Shown here piece after piece: positions 59,445-64,000 of a stretch of DNA of 64,000 nt. Both the position numbers and the translations under genes were made by a program. Location of the stretch: contig JAUVXW010000002.1 of the NCBI GenBank assembly GCA_030603385.1, positions 32,001 through 96,000 of the forward strand. Direction: 5' to 3'. The notes under the pieces are model-generated. The model did not search any database. It saw only the letters and a list, made by a program, of their open reading frames with translations, and had not been told where the DNA came from. The stretch comes from Promethearchaeota archaeon (GTDB lineage Archaea; Asgardarchaeota; Lokiarchaeia; Sigyniarchaeales; SOKP01). The number at the start of each line of letters is the position of its first letter. The first letter of the stretch is position 1.

Positions 59445-59987
59445 ATATCATTTGATTTATCTGCATTTAAATTATTAATTAAGAAGATTTTTCCACCAAA
59501 AAAAAGCGTTTTCACTGTAGATACTACAGGAGATGGAAAAGGAGATTCTATACAAATAAAAGTAATTAATCTACTATTTCCATTCGTAGTTCCTGAGAAT
59601 ATTGAGTTAGGAGATTTTGATTTAAAGAGCTTTGATGTACAAAATTTTGATATTTCGGAATATGTAACATTGTTCATAGATGATAGACCGATTAACGTTT
59701 CAAAAGATTCTTTCAACTTTGAAACAATAAAGGATCGATTCTTAATTTATCATAAGGGAGAATCATTTAAACTAAGTGATATCCTTGAAGGTAAATTTAG
59801 TGGAAGAACTATAGCCTTAGGTGATAGTATTAGTATTTTAATTAAATTAGATACAGAAACCCTAAACACATTAACTGAAGGAAAACACATTTTCAAGATT
59901 GATAGTGAATTCGTCTCGAACCTTATAATTAATTTTGAATTGGATAAAACTAATATGAATCTAAAGTTTGATCCAAAAAACCCATAA
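59445..59987 (+). CDS. hypothetical protein (about 180 aa), probable ATA start
   Basis: Frame open 75 codons upstream of TTG 59670 (ISFDLSAFKLLIKKIFPPKKSVFTVDTTGDGKGD...). Confidence 0.65.
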   Translation: MSFDLSAFKLLIKKIFPPKKSVFTVDTTGDGKGDSIQIKVINLLFPFVVPENIELGDFDLKSFDVQNFDISEYVTLFIDDRPINVSKDSFNFETIKDRFLIYHKGESFKLSDILEGKFSGRTIALGDSISILIKLDTETLNTLTEGKHIFKIDSEFVSNLIINFELDKTNMNLKFDPKNP

Positions 59988-60093
59988 AAGTATATTTTTT
60001 CTAAAGGAGACGTTTTACTTATCATTTGAGTCTCTTAAGATTTATATAGGTGTTTTTATGTTTAATTTCTTAATATTAGAAGAAAGTGTTATT

Positions 60094-60615
60094 ATGGCAA
60101 TTACTAAACTTACTCATAGTACAGATATCACTCCTTTAGATAACTCAGCGAAAATTCAGTTTATCTGTCCAGTTTGTAAGGCTGAGAAAGTTTTGCAATT
60201 TCCTAAATCTGTTATTACTCAAGCAAAAGGTTTATCTACCATGTCGATCGCAAGGGGTTTAGTATGCGAGCACCAATTTCAAGCCTTTGTCGATAAGAAT
60301 TATATGGTTCGTGGTTACCAGAGAGTAGATTTCGAATTTGAAAAAATTAGATCTGAAGAAAAAAGATTACAAAATAGAGAGAATAAAACAAATGACGATG
60401 AGCTTTTTGAAAATCTTATCTTAGAAGGAAATTATCTTGAATATAATCCCAATCAAAAACAAGAATATAAAGATAAGAAAAAACATACAGAGGAGTATAA
60501 ATCAGCAGATACCAACTTAGACCTACAAGAAATCTATAATGAGTTCTGGGAATTCATTGATAAGGATAATAATTTATTTCAAAGGTTTATAAAAAATGAT
60601 ATAAGAAGAAAGTAA
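60094..60615 (+). CDS. hypothetical zinc-binding protein
   Basis: CPVC...CEHQFQAFVDKNYMVRGYQRVD; ATG at 60094 preferred. Confidence 0.7.
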   Translation: MAITKLTHSTDITPLDNSAKIQFICPVCKAEKVLQFPKSVITQAKGLSTMSIARGLVCEHQFQAFVDKNYMVRGYQRVDFEFEKIRSEEKRLQNRENKTNDDELFENLILEGNYLEYNPNQKQEYKDKKKHTEEYKSADTNLDLQEIYNEFWEFIDKDNNLFQRFIKNDIRRK

Positions 60616-60703
60616 CTATACCTTTTTTTCTTTTATAATAATAAATGTTAGTTTCTTAGTTTAAAAAAATCGATACTACAATATTAAAAGGGGAAGAGAA
60701 CTA

Positions 60704-60867
60704 TGCCAAGGGAGGGAATTTCATACAAATGCGTTCTGCTGGTGTATTTTGAACCCTCGATACCCAGATCTTCAGTTTCACCTTTATCGGTAACTCCGAT
60801 GAATCTGGTGCGTTCTTACCCTACAATAAGGAGCTCTAACGCATGAACCGGGCTACGCCACCTTGGC
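60704..60867 (-). tRNA. tRNA-Phe(GAA) with three introns (D-arm about 31 nt; 30/31, 28 nt; 59/60, 30 nt)
   Basis: GCCAAGG/CCTTGGC acceptor; CCAG^ACTGAAGATCTGG; GAGGGTTCAAA^TCCCTC; BHB motifs at introns 2 and 3. Confidence 0.85.
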
Positions 60868-60962
60868 GGATGAGAATTTAGAATTTTTAAGATTTATAAA
60901 ATATCAAAATTCGTAATTTAGAAAGGTAAAAATATCATTTAAATTTTTTTCATATACATCTT

Positions 60963-61703
60963 TTACTTTTGCAAGATTAGTGTTCTTTTTTCTTTAGGTA
61001 ATTTTTCACTAGCATATCTAAGAATTAAACGAGGAAGTTTACCTTTATTTCTCATTAAGTATTGATATATTATTTCTGGGTTATATCTTGAACAAGTTTT
61101 TAGGAGCCATCCAATTCCCTTATGGATGTAATCTTCTGGATATGTCATCATTTTTTCAGCGAATTCAAATACAAAATCCTCATCGAATTCTTTTTTTATC
61201 ATTATAAATTTAAGCAAAATTACTAAGGATGCACGTCTTATCCATAAGTTATCAAATTTTGACCAGACTGCAAGAGTTTTTTTAGTTAATTCTTCATTTC
61301 CTTTTTTTCCTAAAAACGGTCCAATACCTCTAATCATAGTTGTATCTGTTATCGCCCACGTATCGAAATTGCTAGGAATTAATTCTTGAATCATATCAAC
61401 TGTTTCTTTATTAAAATCCTTCTTAAATCTGTTTAATAAGAAAATGCCAGCTATTTTTTCATCATGCACATCTGATTTTATCAAAATTTTAAAAATTTCA
61501 GAAGCCTCATCATAGTTTAATTGAAACTTACTATTAAGTTCTCTAATAAACTTTTCAATGTCAGAATGTTTGTTCCCGTATGCTACAAAATTAGGATTAT
61601 CAGAATTTAAAATTTTATACATTCGAGACTTTTGTTCAAAGGTCAAATGAGTAGAGTTATTTTTTAAGTATGTTCTAATCTCTTGAATAACATTCTCGAT
61701 CAT
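60963..61703 (-). CDS. DNA alkylation repair protein (AlkD-like HEAT)
   Basis: WAITD, NLWIRRAS, IHKGIGWLLK, LRYASEK. Confidence 0.88.
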   Translation of the reverse strand: MIENVIQEIRTYLKNNSTHLTFEQKSRMYKILNSDNPNFVAYGNKHSDIEKFIRELNSKFQLNYDEASEIFKILIKSDVHDEKIAGIFLLNRFKKDFNKETVDMIQELIPSNFDTWAITDTTMIRGIGPFLGKKGNEELTKKTLAVWSKFDNLWIRRASLVILLKFIMIKKEFDEDFVFEFAEKMMTYPEDYIHKGIGWLLKTCSRYNPEIIYQYLMRNKGKLPRLILRYASEKLPKEKRTLILQK

Positions 61704-62836
61704 AAGAATCTATCAATTCCGGTTTTATGTTTTAGATCTTTACTTTTTTCTAAGTAAGGTTCAACATAATCAATAATTTGCTGATTAAAATTTTTCAATT
61801 TAGATAAATTTCCCCTTTTATAAACATCAAAAATTGATTCTTCTAAATTATTAAGGTTTAAACCGGCCCACATCATAGTTTTATTAGATTTTCCTGTCTT
61901 TAATGAATCCAAGTATTCTTTATTTAACAATAGTTCAGAGATCTTATAATTCCATTTACGATAATCTGAAGGAATCCATCTTTTTACTCTTACTGCTATA
62001 TTATATTTCTCACATAAATTCAATAATTTAGGATGTAATTCTCTGACATATTGGGCAGATGGGTACATCTCACCTTTATATAATTCGAGTAAAGGCTTGA
62101 CAACATATTTATACTTACTATTTTTTAGTTTTTTTATAAAGTAGTCAGCTTGAGAATCTCGCATCGTTAAACCAGGTGAAAATAAAACAAAGTCTGCTCC
62201 AGCTTTTTTAGATTGTTTTATTACATCCTCTAGATTTTGATTGTCATCACATAAAAATGGAATAATTGGGATAAAGTAGGTACCTACTTGAATATGTGGT
62301 GATTTCTTTTTTATAACCGATAATGCTTCTAACCTTTCAGAAGGGGATGATGAATAAGGTTCTAAAAATTTAGCAAGTTCCTCGTTAGTAGTACTTATTG
62401 AAAATCCTACAGTACACCATGTATCTTCTGCGATTTTTTTTAAAATATCAATATCTCGAGTAATTAATTTTGATTTAGTTGCAATATTTATAGGGAATTT
62501 ATGTTTCGCTATAACTTGCAAGACTTTTCTTGTATGTTCAATCTCTTGCTCAATCGGTTGATAAGCGTCGTTTACTCCTCCTGGAGCAATTATATCAGGT
62601 AATAGTGTTCGAGCTCTTTTTAACCTCAGATCTAACTTTTTATCAAAATTGGTCTTAATTATAACTTCATTTTCAAAATCTTTTAGGTAATATCGCTGAC
62701 TTCGCGCATCACAATAAATACAAGCATGGGTGCATCCTGAATATGTGTTCAGAGTATAGCGTGACCAAAACCAAGAATCAGGGTATCTTAATTTGTTTAT
62801 GACAGATTTGAACTCTTTATATTTGTAAGTAACCAT
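61700..62836 (-). CDS. SPL-like radical SAM DNA-repair protein
   Basis: NTYSGCTHACIYC, DAYQPIE, TKS, RDID; ATGA overlap with the AlkD gene. Confidence 0.88.
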   Translation of the reverse strand: MVTYKYKEFKSVINKLRYPDSWFWSRYTLNTYSGCTHACIYCDARSQRYYLKDFENEVIIKTNFDKKLDLRLKRARTLLPDIIAPGGVNDAYQPIEQEIEHTRKVLQVIAKHKFPINIATKSKLITRDIDILKKIAEDTWCTVGFSISTTNEELAKFLEPYSSSPSERLEALSVIKKKSPHIQVGTYFIPIIPFLCDDNQNLEDVIKQSKKAGADFVLFSPGLTMRDSQADYFIKKLKNSKYKYVVKPLLELYKGEMYPSAQYVRELHPKLLNLCEKYNIAVRVKRWIPSDYRKWNYKISELLLNKEYLDSLKTGKSNKTMMWAGLNLNNLEESIFDVYKRGNLSKLKNFNQQIIDYVEPYLEKSKDLKHKTGIDRFL

Positions 62837-62929
62837 GGTTAAAAGTAATATTTTTGTATCCTCAATAATAAAATTAAAAATTTAAGATTATTAAAATAGA
62901 AGACAAATAAAATTTTATGAGTAAAATAG

Positions 62930-63002
62930 GAAAAAACGCCAGTTAAATAAAAAAGTGATCTAATATGGAAATGGAAAGAAAAAATTTAGTTGGCGTTTTT
63001 TC
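62930..63002 (+). repeat. 19-bp inverted repeat / hairpin
   Basis: GAAAAAACGCCAGTTAAAT ... ATTTAGTTGGCGTTTTTTC, 17 Watson-Crick plus 2 G-U pairs on the + strand. Confidence 0.7.
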
Positions 63003-63146
63003 AAATAGATCATACAACTTTGTAAATATATTTTTTTGCATTAAGAAATAAAAAACTACTCAAAGTTTTTTAAGAAATTTATAAATTTTGAAATATAAAT
63101 ATAATTTTATCTACAAATTAAAAATGAAAGAAGTTTTTAATTGAGA

Positions 63147-63239
63147 TGCGCCGCCCGGGAATCGAACCCGGGTTACTGGCTGACTTCAATCGGTTCTGAC
63201 TATGGAAGGCCAGAATCCTAACCCCTAGACTAGCGGCGC
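63147..63239 (-). tRNA. tRNA-Gly(TCC) with 21-nt 37/38 intron (63182-63202)
   Basis: GCGCCGC/GCGGCGC acceptor; BHB CTTC-CAT-AGTC...GATT-GAAG-TCA; GGTTCGATTCC. Confidence 0.92.
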
Positions 63240-63281
63240 TTAATATTATAAAAATCACCATTTCTTATAACTTTAGTGATT

Positions 63282-63956
63282 TTATTGAATATTATGACTT
63301 AACTCATAGTAAGTGATAATTTTATTAGTTACAATCCATGCATCTAAAGAATATTCTGAAATGGAAATTAAATTATTAGATAATCTTAAAAGTTCTTCCG
63401 AGAAGGTATTCTTTTGAAAACCCCCAATAATAGCTATTATATTTTTAGATAGAGCTTCTAAAAATAAATTCTTATAGTCATTAACTAATTTTCCTCTACT
63501 TGAAAATAAAATAATTTCTGGATTTTTAAATTTATTAATTAAATCTTGTAATTTTCCTTCAAACTGAGAGATTAAATGCTTGCCATTTACTTTGATATTA
63601 CCATCAATCAAAGTTTTTGCCATTAATCCTTTAAATCGATTATAATTTCTCGCTATCCTTATTTCTGGATTAAATTCATAAATTTTATTATTTATAGTAT
63701 GAATAAATAGGCTTAGATTACCAGTTTTGTTTAAAGTCGATCCTAAAGCATTGAGCAAACATAAATGAGTGATGTCAGGACGGCCCCTCTTTTCTGAATT
63801 TTTCAAATTTTTCATAGCACTATGATGTAGAGCATTATCTAATATTTGTGAGGCGTATATTTGTGACGACAAATTTTTTCTGACAGCAGAATGTTTTCTA
63901 ATTTCTTTGGGTATTAATTCCATACCACATTCCACTAAAATTACAATTAAAGGCAT
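63282..63956 (-). CDS. nep1: 16S rRNA pseudouridine N1-methyltransferase Nep1/Emg1
   Basis: ILDNALH, RGRPDITH, RNYNRFKGLM, IGGFQ. Confidence 0.92.
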   Translation of the reverse strand: MPLIVILVECGMELIPKEIRKHSAVRKNLSSQIYASQILDNALHHSAMKNLKNSEKRGRPDITHLCLLNALGSTLNKTGNLSLFIHTINNKIYEFNPEIRIARNYNRFKGLMAKTLIDGNIKVNGKHLISQFEGKLQDLINKFKNPEIILFSSRGKLVNDYKNLFLEALSKNIIAIIGGFQKNTFSEELLRLSNNLISISEYSLDAWIVTNKIITYYELSHNIQ

Positions 63957-64000
63957 AATTTTCTTAGTTTTATTAATTTAATTCAGAAATTTCTTTTTTA

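Noticed and set aside
59430-59447. ATG-GGT-TGA-TGA-CAT-ATA in frame with ORF 59445-59987, a possible second UU selenoprotein (MGUU...)
   Set aside because: No AUGA...AA...GA SECIS was found after the stop at 59987, only a GGAGAC/GTCTCT stem. GGTTGATGA is adequately explained as an SD for an ATA start. Revisit if homologs begin MGCC.
2857-60025. Numerous 60-140 aa antisense or overlapping ORFs in the track (e.g. 4479-4811, 10303-10500, 14206-14622, 29227-29565, 59378-59716)
   Set aside because: Shadows of well-supported genes on the opposite strand or in another frame, with no motifs.
1-64000. CRISPR arrays, transposases, integrases or att duplications at the tRNAs
   Set aside because: No regularly spaced repeats, recombinase motifs or duplicated tRNA 3' ends were seen.

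Overview
Very AT-rich archaeal chromosomal DNA, most consistent with an Asgard archaeon of the Lokiarchaeia type. This assignment is inferred from BHB-intron tRNAs, Nep1, archaeal ThyA, Roadblock/longin-like proteins, a small GTPase, SCP2 proteins and an SMC5/6-like SMC. The window holds about 65 housekeeping or accessory CDSs, four intron-containing tRNAs (tRNA-Phe carries three introns) and several gene remnants. No CRISPR array, transposase or integrase was seen. The best candidate for an undescribed system is in the arsenic-resistance cluster (ArsR / Acr3 / CxC thioredoxin-like). There a beta-grasp-like ORF appears to stop at TGA-TGA but stays open for 38 more codons to TAA-TAA. It is followed 8 nt later by a eukaryote-type SECIS hairpin (AUGA...AAA...GA), so it is a candidate Sec-Sec selenoprotein. 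Other notable items: an RHH-HisKA-REC regulator, repeated probable AUA start codons, an SMC-kleisin-KITE operon led by a degenerate AAA+ protein, a BpsA-SAM decarboxylase fusion, and a multi-stem leader upstream of cysteine synthase.
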